Counted from the first letter of the stretch, positions 1-10,975 are shown. The stretch is DNA of 19,131 bases from Candidatus Eiseniibacteriota bacterium (GCA_052390515.1 JBQTGV010000105.1:1-19131), one strand, 5' to 3'. Program-made: numbers and translations. Notes: generated by a model not told the origin, from the letters alone.

Positions 1-48
1 GCTACGACGCTCGGCCATCTGATCATCTCTTTCGAGACGGAACACTAG
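1..48 (+). CDS. Possible 3' end of a gene entering from the left (…ATTLGHLIISFETEH*)
   Basis: Frame 1 is open from base 1 to TAG at 46-48 and converges on the stop of the LVIVD gene at 53-55. It is too short to identify. Confidence 0.3.
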   Translation, partial: ATTLGHLIISFETEH

Positions 49-52
49 CGCT

Positions 53-2233
53 TCACCGCAGGCGCACCACCGCACGCGACGTCGGACCGTGCGGCGTCGA
101 CGCACGCACGAAGTACACGCCGGGCGCCACCGACCTGCCGTGCTCGTCCGCACCATCCCACGCCACGGTGCGCTCGCCGTGCCCCGTGTCGGAGGTGACG
201 AGCCGTCGGACGAGCCGGCCGGCGACGTCGTGCACCGCGAGTCGGACCGTGCCCTCGCCGGGCGATACGACGCGGATCCCCGCCGTGAAGCGGAACGGGT
301 TCGGGAACACCGAGAGCACGACGGCGTCCGCGCCGCGCGGTGAGTCGAACGTGAAGGGCGAGCCCGTCGCCGCCGAGCACTGCGCCGGAATCACCTGCAA
401 GCCGTCGCCCGACGTCGCCGCGTACGCCAGCTCCCCGAGCGCGGCGACGCCCTGGACGTCTCCGGCCACGACGCTGCCGACGAGGAGCGGAGCATCGGGG
501 TCGGACACGTCGACGACCTGGACGCCGGCGATCCCGTTCGCCAGGTAGACGATCGTTCCCGGACCGCCGTCGCCGACGGCCTCGAGCGCCCAGATCTGAT
601 CGGCGGACTCGACCGCACCGCGGATCACCGGGACCGAGGGATCGGCGATGTCCACGACGAGCATCCATTGGGCGTCCCCGACGTAGAGGAACGGACCGCC
701 GCCGTCGGCCAGCGAGACCGCCGTCGAGTAGTCCGGCGTGTCGATCGTCGTGAGGAGAACGGGCGCCGCCGGCGCCGAAACGTCCACGATTTGCACGCCG
801 GACGTGAAGTCCGCGACGAACGCGAGACCGCCGCGCGCCTCGACGTCGAACGTGAGCGCGGGCAGCCCGAGGCTCCCGGCGACGAAGGCCTCGTCCGGAT
901 CCGACACGTCGACCGTTCTCAGCGTGTCGTCGTCGGCGACGCACGCGATCGTCCCGGTCAGGGCAACGGCCAGCGCGAAGTCCGCGTCCACCGTCGAGCG
1001 GATCGTCATGGCCGCGGGATCGGCGACGTCGAGCACCTGAAGCCCCGAGCTCCCATCCGCCACGCAGGCGATCGCCCCGAGCACGGCGATCTCCTGCGCC
1101 GTCCCGGGCGTGTCCAGCGCTCCGGCCATCGCCGGGCTCAGCGGATCGGCGAGCTCGAAGGCGAGGATCCCCGCGGCGCCCGCTGACAGCCAGAGCCGAC
1201 CGCCCACCTCGATCAGCGCGTCGGCCGACGATGTGGCCACGCCGCCGAGAGCCGCCGGTGAAGCCGGGTTGATCGCCTCGACCGCGACGACGCCGTGCGA
1301 GTCATCCGCCACGAACACGCGCGTGCCCGACGCCGCGATCCCGCGCGAGCTCCCCAGCGTCTGGAGGTGCCCCACCATGACCGGGTTAGCGGGGTCGGTC
1401 ACGTCGACCGTGATCACTCCGCCACTCGCGGAGGCGAGGATCGCCAAGGTCCCGATCTTCGCCACCTCGTGCACGTCGCCTGGGACGGCCAGGGATCCGA
1501 GGATCACGAGCGCCGCGGGATCGGCGGCGTCGACGACGGCGAGTCCCGATCCTCCGTTCGCCACGTAGACCGTCGTCCCTTCGACGAGCAGACCGCGGGC
1601 GAAGCCCGCAGTGTTCTGCACATCGATCTGGATCGGCAGCGACGGATCGGTGACGTCGACCGACACGAGGCCCGCGTTGCCGCAGGCCGCGAAGGCCGTC
1701 GACCCCGACACGGCCAAACCGAACGCGTGCGACGGCGTCGCCAGCGCCGACACGAACGCCGGCGCGTCGGGGTCGGAGACGTCGAGAATGCGAAGGCCGG
1801 CGAACGAGTCGGCGATGAAGACGCGGGAGCCGCTCACCGCCAGGCCGAGCGCGTTCCCCGGCGTGTCGATCGCCCCGCGCAGCACCGGCGCGTCCGGATC
1901 GGACACGTCGACGACGCGAAGGCCCGCGCTCGCGTCCGCCACGTATGCGAAGGTCCCGGCGACGTCCACGTCCTCGGCCACGCCCGGCGTGTCGACGCGA
2001 GAGCGGAGCACGGGCTGCTCCGGCGCGGACAGATCCACGACCGCGAGGCCCGAATCGCCATCGGCGATGTACGCCAGATTCCCGTCGACGGCGATCCCGC
2101 GTGCCGCTCCCGGCGTGTCCGCGATGCCCTCACGGTGCAGGAAGAGCGAGTAGTCGACGCAGGTCTGGGAGGCGGAAGGCGCCGCTGCGGCGAGCGCGAA
2201 CGCGAGAGCAGCGAAGAAGCGCGCGGAGGCCAT
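53..2233 (-). CDS. Secreted LVIVD-repeat beta-propeller protein with C-terminal FlgD/T9SS-like sorting domain (726 aa)
   Basis: Signal peptide MASARFFAALAFALAAAAPSASQ. I count 14 repeats of about 42 aa of the type TPG.A.GIAV.G..AYVAD...GL.VVDVSDP..P. The tail is VFPNPF...HDVAGRLVRRL...WDGADEHGRSVAPGVYFVR...VVRLR. Confidence 0.9.
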   Translation of the reverse strand: MASARFFAALAFALAAAAPSASQTCVDYSLFLHREGIADTPGAARGIAVDGNLAYIADGDSGLAVVDLSAPEQPVLRSRVDTPGVAEDVDVAGTFAYVADASAGLRVVDVSDPDAPVLRGAIDTPGNALGLAVSGSRVFIADSFAGLRILDVSDPDAPAFVSALATPSHAFGLAVSGSTAFAACGNAGLVSVDVTDPSLPIQIDVQNTAGFARGLLVEGTTVYVANGGSGLAVVDAADPAALVILGSLAVPGDVHEVAKIGTLAILASASGGVITVDVTDPANPVMVGHLQTLGSSRGIAASGTRVFVADDSHGVVAVEAINPASPAALGGVATSSADALIEVGGRLWLSAGAAGILAFELADPLSPAMAGALDTPGTAQEIAVLGAIACVADGSSGLQVLDVADPAAMTIRSTVDADFALAVALTGTIACVADDDTLRTVDVSDPDEAFVAGSLGLPALTFDVEARGGLAFVADFTSGVQIVDVSAPAAPVLLTTIDTPDYSTAVSLADGGGPFLYVGDAQWMLVVDIADPSVPVIRGAVESADQIWALEAVGDGGPGTIVYLANGIAGVQVVDVSDPDAPLLVGSVVAGDVQGVAALGELAYAATSGDGLQVIPAQCSAATGSPFTFDSPRGADAVVLSVFPNPFRFTAGIRVVSPGEGTVRLAVHDVAGRLVRRLVTSDTGHGERTVAWDGADEHGRSVAPGVYFVRASTPHGPTSRAVVRLR

Positions 2234-2238
2234 GGTCC

Positions 2239-2244
2239 ATCATA
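2239..2244 (-). promoter_or_regulatory. Putative -10 box (TATGAT) giving a leaderless transcript of the LVIVD gene
   Basis: The minus strand reads TATGAT-ggacc-ATG(2233). There is no Shine-Dalgarno sequence, and an AT-rich hexamer is rare in this high-GC DNA. Confidence 0.5.
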
Positions 2245-2278
2245 GGGCAGGAACCCGCCCCGTGTCACGCCGTGCGGG

Positions 2279-3973
2279 TCACCGGACAAGAACGACGCGC
2301 GCGCCGGCAGCCACGCGGGCGGAGTGAACCCGGGCGAAGTACACGCCCGCCGGGACCGGAGCGCCCCCGATGTCCCGCCCGTCCCACTCGAACCGTCCGG
2401 CACAGATCGCCGGAGCCGGGTCCACGATCCGCTTCACCAGCCCGCCGCCGGCATCGTGGATCGTGACGTTGGCGCGCCGGTCGGTGAGACCCTCCACTTC
2501 CAGCACGCACCGATCGCGCATCGGGTTCGGCGACACGGTGAGGCGCAAGCCGCTCGCCACTGCCGGCGTGAGAGGCGCGCCGACCGCTCCGAGCGCGCGG
2601 CGCCGATACCAGACCTGCAGCGATCCGGTCCGGTCGTCCCCCCACACCAGATGCAGGTACGCGCCGCTCACCGCGGGAAGCGGCGCGACGGATTCGCCGG
2701 CGGCCTCCGTGACGCGCTCCTCGGCCGCCCACGTGGCGCCGCCGTCGAGCGAGGTCAGGTAGTAGATCTCCGTGTTCGTGGAATCGCGGCGGTCGTGCCA
2801 GGCGAGGTGCACGGAGGCGCCGGACCCCACCATGGCGCCGTGGTCCGAGGGCGAGTCGGTGAGCCGCACTTCCGTGCCCCACGTCGCGCCATCGTCCGTG
2901 GAGCGGACCACGTACATTCTCCCGCCGTCTCCGGCCACGACGTCCTGGTTGTAGTTCACGACGACGGCGCTCGGCGACGCCGCCGCCACCTCCGGCCGGC
3001 CCGCGAAGCGGTTCCCTCCCGTGGTCAGGCGCACGTCGGGACCCCAGCTCGTCCCGCCGTCGGCCGACCGCTTGAAGTACGTTTCCGGGCAAACGGGCAC
3101 GGTATAGCAGGGGGGATTGGCGTCGCGGTCGTCGCCCCAGACGACGTGCACCGAGGCGCCGCGCGCGGACACCTGCGGGCGCCCGAGGCCGACGGAGCCG
3201 GCGGCGGCCGCCGCGAGCAGCACTTCCGGCTGCCAGGAAGCGCCGCCGTCCAGCGAGCGGCGGTAGTAGATCTCCGAGACGATGTCCGGACGCCGGAAGT
3301 CCATCCACGCCATGTCCAGCCGCGGCCCGGAAGTGAAGAGCGAGATGCGGTAAGCCCCGCCGGCGGTCGTCAGGCGGGACTCGGGGAGCCAGGTCAGGCC
3401 GCCGTTGGTCGACCGCCTGAGGTAGATGTCCCCGATCTGCCGCGGACAGCACCAGTCCGTGACGATCGTGATGTTGCGCAAATAGACCACGTACACGTTC
3501 GCGCCGTCGGCCTGGACAGGATCGGTGAGGTGCGGCTCGCCGTCGGCGGAGATCACCGTGTCCGCGCTCCAGGTCGCGCCCTCGTCGGTAGAGCGCCGGT
3601 AGTAGACCGGGCTGATCCCCCAGATGAGGTGCGCAGTGGTGCCGCTCGCGGCGATGCCGTAGGCCCATACGTCGCCGGGTGCCGCGCTGATCTGCCGCTC
3701 CGGATCCCACTGCGCGAGCGCCGAGCGCGCGCCGAGACAGGCGGCGATGACGAGGACCCACCACACCACGGAACCCGGTCCGGCGGTCCACGTGTCCGGA
3801 CGACGCGGGTCGTGCGCGTCCCGGCGTTCCAATCCAGGCGTGCGAAGTAGACGCCGCTCCCCACGGGACGGCCGCCGTCGTCCCCGCCTGCCCACCGGAA
3901 CGCGTGCGGCCCGGCCGCGAGCGCGCCGTCGACCAGCCGGCAGGGCGAGAGCGAACCCCCTAACGTGTCGCAT
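2279..3973 (-). CDS. Secreted Asp-box/BNR (sialidase-like fold) beta-propeller protein with FlgD-like C-terminal domain; start uncertain (ATG 3973 with strong RBS, or GTG 3769)
   Basis: Six Asp-boxes: RSTDEGATW, RSTNGGLTW, RSLDGGASW, RSADGGTSW, RSTDDGATW, TSLDGGATW. A hydrophobic signal-like segment VVWWVLVIAACLGARSALA|QW precedes them. The tail is SPNPM...WDGRDIGGAPVPAGVYFAR...VVLVR. The ORF-track extension to 4282 overlaps birA and is not credible. Confidence 0.8.
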   Translation of the reverse strand: MRHVRGFALALPAGRRRARGRAARVPVGRRGRRRPSRGERRLLRTPGLERRDAHDPRRPDTWTAGPGSVVWWVLVIAACLGARSALAQWDPERQISAAPGDVWAYGIAASGTTAHLIWGISPVYYRRSTDEGATWSADTVISADGEPHLTDPVQADGANVYVVYLRNITIVTDWCCPRQIGDIYLRRSTNGGLTWLPESRLTTAGGAYRISLFTSGPRLDMAWMDFRRPDIVSEIYYRRSLDGGASWQPEVLLAAAAAGSVGLGRPQVSARGASVHVVWGDDRDANPPCYTVPVCPETYFKRSADGGTSWGPDVRLTTGGNRFAGRPEVAAASPSAVVVNYNQDVVAGDGGRMYVVRSTDDGATWGTEVRLTDSPSDHGAMVGSGASVHLAWHDRRDSTNTEIYYLTSLDGGATWAAEERVTEAAGESVAPLPAVSGAYLHLVWGDDRTGSLQVWYRRRALGAVGAPLTPAVASGLRLTVSPNPMRDRCVLEVEGLTDRRANVTIHDAGGGLVKRIVDPAPAICAGRFEWDGRDIGGAPVPAGVYFARVHSARVAAGARVVLVR

Positions 3974-3986
3974 TTCCGCACCTCCT
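3790..3986 (-). pseudogene. Internally deleted secreted-protein gene: RBS, ATG and signal-peptide start joined out of frame to an orphan C-terminal sorting-domain fragment
   Basis: AGGAGGT (3986-3980), 6 nt, then ATG (3973) encoding MRHVRGFALAL. Another frame at 3939-3790 encodes RLVDGALAAGPHAFRWAGGDDGGRPVGSGVYFARLDWNAGTRTTRVVRTR, which matches the tails of the neighbouring secreted proteins. Confidence 0.7.
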
Positions 3987-4052
3987 GACTGCGCGCGGGG
4001 TCGGGTTCCGGCACGACCGACGGGATGTCCTGCAGATACGAGCCGTGGGAAT

Positions 4053-5090
4053 CTACCTCCCGGTCTCCGAGGCGGACCAGGGTCCGGGCTCCGGCCCGCC
4101 GCCGGCGGCGGTCGACCTCGGCGCGACAGCAGCCTCGCCGCTGCGCAGGGCGACCGTCCCCTGACTTGCCACTTCGACGAGCAGCCGGCCCTCGCCGTCG
4201 ATGCCCCGGGCGACGCCGGTCTGTGCGCCGCCGGCCCCTTGGGCGACGACTTCACGGCCGGCGAGCGCGTCGCGCTCGGCAAAGGCCGCCGCGAGATCCA
4301 GCCGGTCGGCGCGTTCGTCGTCGAGGAGATCCTCGAACCGGTTCAGCAGCGCGGCGAGCAGCGCGCTGCGGGAGAGGCGGCGGCCGGTCACGCTCTCGAG
4401 CGAGCCGGCAGTTGCCCGGATCTCGGGCGGGAAGTCCGCGTCGCGGTGGTGCACGTTGATGCCGATCCCCGCGACCGGGATGGTTGCGCCGCCGGCCGAG
4501 CGCGCCTCGATGAGTATGCCGCACACCTTGCGGCCGCCGAGCAGCACGTCGTTCGGCCACTTGAGGGAGGCGGCGGCGCCGGCCTCGCGCTCGATCACGT
4601 CGGCTACGGCGAGTCCGGCGACGAGCGAGAGCCGGGGTGCTGCCGCCGGATCGGAGGGCGAATCGAGCAGCGTGCTGCACCAGACGCCGAGCCCCGGCCG
4701 CGAGTCGAACCCACGGCCGCGCCGGCCGCGCCCCGCGGTCTGCAGCTCGGCGGCCACGCAGAGTCCGGGCGCAGCACCCGCCGCCGCGCGCTCGAGCACG
4801 ACGTCGTTCGTGGAGCGCACCGAGGCGAAGGTCTCGAGCGGCCGGCCGAGGCGGCGCGTGGTCAGTTGCTTCGACACCTCGTCCGCCGACAGCACCGAGC
4901 CGCGCGGGCCGGGACGCACGACACCGTCCCCCGGCGGCTCGATGAGACCGGCCGCGGCGAGGTCGGCCAGGGCGTCGCCGACGGCTGCTGCCTCGAAGCG
5001 GCTCGAGAGCTCGGCGACATGGACCGGCCCGCGCCGGCCCAGCAATGCGAGGACCTCGGCTTGCACCTTGCGGAGCGAGTACTCGCTCAC
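4053..5090 (-). CDS. birA: Biotin--[acetyl-CoA-carboxylase] ligase with a divergent N-terminal HTH-like region (about 345 aa)
   Basis: Motifs STND, AELQTAGRGRRGR, LKWPNDV, RKVCGILIE, GIGINV and C-terminal GVARGIDGEGRLLV. The GTG start at 5090 overlaps the nadC TGA (GTGA). Confidence 0.93.
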   Translation of the reverse strand: MSEYSLRKVQAEVLALLGRRGPVHVAELSSRFEAAAVGDALADLAAAGLIEPPGDGVVRPGPRGSVLSADEVSKQLTTRRLGRPLETFASVRSTNDVVLERAAAGAAPGLCVAAELQTAGRGRRGRGFDSRPGLGVWCSTLLDSPSDPAAAPRLSLVAGLAVADVIEREAGAAASLKWPNDVLLGGRKVCGILIEARSAGGATIPVAGIGINVHHRDADFPPEIRATAGSLESVTGRRLSRSALLAALLNRFEDLLDDERADRLDLAAAFAERDALAGREVVAQGAGGAQTGVARGIDGEGRLLVEVASQGTVALRSGEAAVAPRSTAAGGGPEPGPWSASETGR

Positions 5091-5964
5091 GCGCCCTCCA
5101 GCAACAGCGAGAAGTCGATCGCCTTCGCGCTGTGAGTCAGCGCCCCGAGGCTCACGAGGTCGATGCCGGCGTCGGCCAGCTCCGCCAGCCGCTCCGCGCG
5201 AATCCCGCCGGACGCTTCCAGCTCCGGCCGCGTCCCGCGCGGACCGAGCGCCGCCGCGGTGCGGCGGATCTCCTCGGTCGTCATGTTGTCGAGCAGGATG
5301 CGGTCGACGTGAAGCTTCGCCGCCTCCATGGCCTCGTCGAAGCTGCGCGCCTCGACGGTGATCGGCAGCCGCGCGGACTTCGCGTCGGCGCGCACCGCGG
5401 CCACGGCCGCGCCGATCCCCCCCGCCAGGGCGATGTGGTTCTCCTTGAGCATCACCATGTCGGCGAGGCTCCAGCGGTGGCTCGTCCCGCCGCCGACTAC
5501 CACCGCCCACTTCTCCAGCGCACGAAGACCCGGCGTCGTCTTCCGCGTGTCGCACACCGCGAGGCGTCCGCCGGCCGCGTCGACGGCGCGGCGCGTGGCC
5601 GTGGCGATTCCCGAAAGCCGCTGCAGGAAGTTCAGCGCGGTGCGCTCTCCGGACAGCAAGGCACCCGCCGGTCCCTCCACCGTCAGCACCACGTCGCTGG
5701 CGGCGAAGCGGTCCCCGTCGGAGCGTCCTCCGACCCGGCACTCGCCCGGCGCCAGCGTCTCGAAGACCCGCGCGAACACGGCCACGCCGGCCAGCACGCC
5801 GCCTTCCCGCGCCAGCACCTTCGCCTTCACCGTTCGGCTCCGCCCCGGCAGTGGCAGCGTCGAACGATCGTCGAACGCCGCGTCCTCCTCCATCGCCCGC
5901 TGCACGAGCGCATCGAGCACGTCCGCCGCCGGCACCTTCGCGTCGAACGATCCGAGCAGCTTCC

Positions 5965-5968
<4 letters not shown>
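5087..5968 (-). CDS. nadC: Nicotinate-nucleotide diphosphorylase (carboxylating) / quinolinate phosphoribosyltransferase (about 293 aa)
   Basis: Motifs [63 protein letters not shown]. The GTG start at 5968 overlaps the uvrB TGA (GTGA). The ORF-track extension to 7600 is a shadow over uvrB. Confidence 0.95.
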
Positions 5969-8022
<2,054 letters not shown>

Positions 8023-8028
8023 CGGGGC

Positions 8029-8034
8029 AGTGTA
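8029..8034 (-). promoter_or_regulatory. Putative -10 box (TACACT) for a leaderless uvrB transcript
   Basis: The minus strand reads TACACT-gccccg-ATG(8022), with no SD between them. Confidence 0.55.
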
Positions 8035-8062
8035 CCCCCCCGGGCGGTCCCCCGGGGAGCGG

Positions 8063-8091
8063 TGCTATAGTGGCTCATCCCCCAAGGAGGT
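8063..8091 (+). promoter_or_regulatory. Extended -10 promoter (TGcTATAGT) and RBS (AAGGAGGT) of the large BNR-repeat gene
   Basis: TG at 8063-8064, TATAGT at 8066-8071, AAGGAGGT at 8084-8091 and an in-frame TTG at 8096. Confidence 0.65.
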
Positions 8092-8095
8092 CAGC

Positions 8096-10621
8096 TTGCG
8101 AGCCCATCCCCTCACTACGTCGAGCACCGCGCTCTTCGCGTTCCTCACCCTCGGCACGGCCTTCGCCGCGGATCCGCAAACGGCCGTGGCACCCGAGAGC
8201 CCCTTCGCCGAAATCGGCCGCTGGTTCGAAGCGCACCCCGAGCTCCAGGACAGGTCCGGCACCGGCTGGAAGCCCTACAACCGGATCAAGTGGTTCCACG
8301 AGCGGCGCATGGACGGGGGGACGCTCCCTCCGGGCGATGCGCGGTGGCGAGCTTGGGAGGAGAAGCGGCGTCGCGAGACGGCCATGGGACCGTCGGCGCG
8401 CTCCACGTGGTTCGCGCTCGGACCGGCGAACTTCGGGGGCCGCATGCTGGCCATCGACTTCGACGCGACGAACCCGAGCATCGTGTACGCGGGAGCGGCG
8501 GGCGGCGGCGTGTTCAAGTCGACTGACGCGGGTCTCTCGTGGACGGCCGTGTCCGACGGGATCCCTTCGCTCGGTGTCGGCGCGCTGGCGGTCAGCCGGA
8601 CGAACCCGAACGTCGTGGTGATCGGAACGGGCGAGGGCACGCTCAACATCGATCGGGTCCTCGGCGTCGGCATCCTGCGCTCCACCGACGCGGGCGCCAC
8701 CTGGCAGACGACCAACCTCTCGTATGCGCAGGTCACCGCGCACGGCTTCCACTTCGCCACGGCGGGGCCGAGCGGCACGCTGCTGGCCGGCGCTGTGGAC
8801 GGGATGTTCCGCTCCGTGGACGACGGCGCCACCTGGACCGAGGTCATGCCCACCGTGGGATCGACTTTCGCCAACGGCTGGTACGACGCGCAGTGGGATC
8901 CGGCGGACCCGAACCGCGTCTATGCCGTCAAGGGCAACGACTCGACGACGAACGGCGTGTACGTCTCCACCGACGACGGCCTCACTTGGGCGATCGTCGG
9001 CACGGGGCAGCCGGCAGCGGGGAGCTTCGGCAAGTGCAAGCTCGGCGTCAGCGGGGACAACGTGTACTGCTACGTGGGCAGCCCCGGCTTCGGGGGCGGC
9101 GTCTTCGGTCTGATTCGTTCCACCGACGACGGCGCGAACTGGGTGCAGGCAGTCGGTACGGGTCTCCCCAGCGGGCAGTCCTGGTACAACCTCTCCTGCG
9201 TCGCGGACCCGAACAACTCCGCCCGGGTGATCTGCGGCGCGGTGATCTTCGCCCGCTCCAGCGACCTGGGTGACACGTTCGTCGAAGTGGGTAGCAACGT
9301 CCACGTCGACCACCATGCCCTGAAGTACGAGCCGGGCTCCAACGGCCGCGTGTGGGCGTGCAGCGACGGCGGCGTGTGGTTCTCCGCGACCGATGGGTCC
9401 CTGTTCTCCTGGCAAGATCGCAACGCCGGTCTCGTGAGCTACCAGTTCTACGACATCTGCGTGAACAACGGCGCGGACCCCTACTACGTCATGGGCGGCA
9501 CCCAGGACAACGGCACCGACAAGTGGTCCGGAACGACGACTTGGGCCGACGGCCTCGGCGCCGACGGCATGGTGTGCAACGTCGACCCGACGAACGGCAC
9601 GACCGTGTATGCGGAGATCCAGAACGGCGGCCACAACAAGAGCCTCGACTCCGGCGCCTCGTTCTTCAGCATCGGCAACGGCATCACCGGCTCCGGCCGC
9701 TGGGTGACGCCGGTCGATGAGGACCAGACGGACGGCGACCGGCTCTTCACCGAGACATCCACCGGCGTGTTCCGCACCACGGACGGCGGGGCGAACTGGT
9801 CGAACGTCACCTCGTCACGAGCCGTCTGGATATCCATCAGCTCCATAGATCCGCAGATCGTGTGGACGACGAACGGCGGGACCACGCAGCGCAGCACCGA
9901 TGGCGGCGACACGTGGAACGTCGTGGCGGCGTTCCCCTTCTCCATCGGCGGTTCGACGAAGGTCTACGCGCATCCGGCGGACGTATCCACCGCTTTCGTC
10001 TGCTTCTCGAGCTACTCGAACGTGGTCACGCTGGCGCGGACGACGGACGACGGAGGCACCTGGACCGACGTGACCGGGGACCTGCCGCTCATCCCGGTGA
10101 ACGGAATCGCCATCCATCCGGCGGCTCCCGACGACTGGTACATCGCCACGGATCTCGGCGTGTGGCACTCGGGCAACGGCGGCGTTAACTGGCTGCCCTA
10201 TGCCACCGGCCTGCCGAACGTGGTCGTCGAGGACGTCGAGATCAAGCTCGTGCCTGGAAAGCTGGTGGCCGGCACGCACGGGCGCGGCGCCTGGGAGATC
10301 GACCTCGGGCTAGCGGTCGGTGTCGAGACGGACGTGGCGGTCGAGCCGGCCGCGCGCAACTTGATGTTCGACGAGCCTTGGCCGAACCCGGCGAAGGACC
10401 GCACGCTGCTCCGCTACGCGGCGAAGAGCGCTGGTGCTGTGACGCTCCGCATCTACGACGTGCGCGGGCGTCTGGTCAGCAGTCTCGAGGGCTTCTCCCG
10501 CGGGGACGGCATCATCCGCACGACGCCGTGGTTCCCGGACGACGTGGCCAACGGCGTGTACTTGGCCGTGCTGGAGGCCGGCGGGGAGCGGGTCACGCGG
10601 AAGATCACGGTCTTGAAGTAG
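8096..10621 (+). CDS. Secreted VPS10/GH74-like BNR-repeat double beta-propeller protein with T9SS type A-like C-terminal domain
   Basis: TTG start after a strong RBS gives the signal peptide MRAHPLTTSSTALFAFLTLGTAFA. Motifs include WFALGPANFGGR, many Asp-boxes (KSTDAGLSW, RSTDAGATW, RSVDDGATW, STDDGLTW, RTTDGGANW), HVDHH, GGTQDNGT and AGTHGRGAW. The tail is WPNP...IYDVRGRLV...NGVY...RKITVLK. Confidence 0.88.
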   Translation: MRAHPLTTSSTALFAFLTLGTAFAADPQTAVAPESPFAEIGRWFEAHPELQDRSGTGWKPYNRIKWFHERRMDGGTLPPGDARWRAWEEKRRRETAMGPSARSTWFALGPANFGGRMLAIDFDATNPSIVYAGAAGGGVFKSTDAGLSWTAVSDGIPSLGVGALAVSRTNPNVVVIGTGEGTLNIDRVLGVGILRSTDAGATWQTTNLSYAQVTAHGFHFATAGPSGTLLAGAVDGMFRSVDDGATWTEVMPTVGSTFANGWYDAQWDPADPNRVYAVKGNDSTTNGVYVSTDDGLTWAIVGTGQPAAGSFGKCKLGVSGDNVYCYVGSPGFGGGVFGLIRSTDDGANWVQAVGTGLPSGQSWYNLSCVADPNNSARVICGAVIFARSSDLGDTFVEVGSNVHVDHHALKYEPGSNGRVWACSDGGVWFSATDGSLFSWQDRNAGLVSYQFYDICVNNGADPYYVMGGTQDNGTDKWSGTTTWADGLGADGMVCNVDPTNGTTVYAEIQNGGHNKSLDSGASFFSIGNGITGSGRWVTPVDEDQTDGDRLFTETSTGVFRTTDGGANWSNVTSSRAVWISISSIDPQIVWTTNGGTTQRSTDGGDTWNVVAAFPFSIGGSTKVYAHPADVSTAFVCFSSYSNVVTLARTTDDGGTWTDVTGDLPLIPVNGIAIHPAAPDDWYIATDLGVWHSGNGGVNWLPYATGLPNVVVEDVEIKLVPGKLVAGTHGRGAWEIDLGLAVGVETDVAVEPAARNLMFDEPWPNPAKDRTLLRYAAKSAGAVTLRIYDVRGRLVSSLEGFSRGDGIIRTTPWFPDDVANGVYLAVLEAGGERVTRKITVLK

Positions 10622-10690
10622 TTGCAGACGCCGGCGGAGAAAGCCCTGGTCGCGTGCATGGCGGGCGCGACACGGGCGTTCGAGGGCCGA

Positions 10691-10975
10691 ATGGCGGCGG
10701 CGACACCGCTGTGGTTCCACCGGCGCGTGCGTGGCGCGGAGTCTTGGGAGACGCGTTACGCTTACGGCGACGTCGGCCTGCTGACGCGCATGTTCGAGAC
10801 CGCCGGTTTCGTCTGAGAGAGCGTTCGACGCTTCGCGTTCCTGGAAGGCTACCTGGGCAGGTTCGCCGGTCTCGCAGCGCCGGCGCGGACCTACGACCGG
10901 CTCGTCACGAAGCTCGGGCCGAGCGACCTCCTCGGGAACGTGTTCGTCGCCTTCGCGAAACCGCAACAAGAATGA
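10691..10975 (+). pseudogene. Remnant resembling the C-terminal half of a class I SAM-dependent methyltransferase, interrupted by an in-frame TGA at 10814-10816
   Basis: Reading through the TGA gives AAATPLWFHRRVRGAESWETRYAYGDVGLLTRMFETAGFV*ESVRRFAFLEGYLGRFAGLAAPARTYDRLVTKLGPSDLLGNVFVAFAKPQQE*. The 'L..MF..AGF.' and terminal 'FVAFAKP' resemble methyltransferase C-termini. No SAM-binding motif I is present. Confidence 0.45.

Noticed and set aside
2250-2278. Possible terminator after the BNR gene (CCCGC...GCGGG followed by TTCCT)
   Set aside because: The stem is only 5-7 bp with a large loop and there is no real U-tract.
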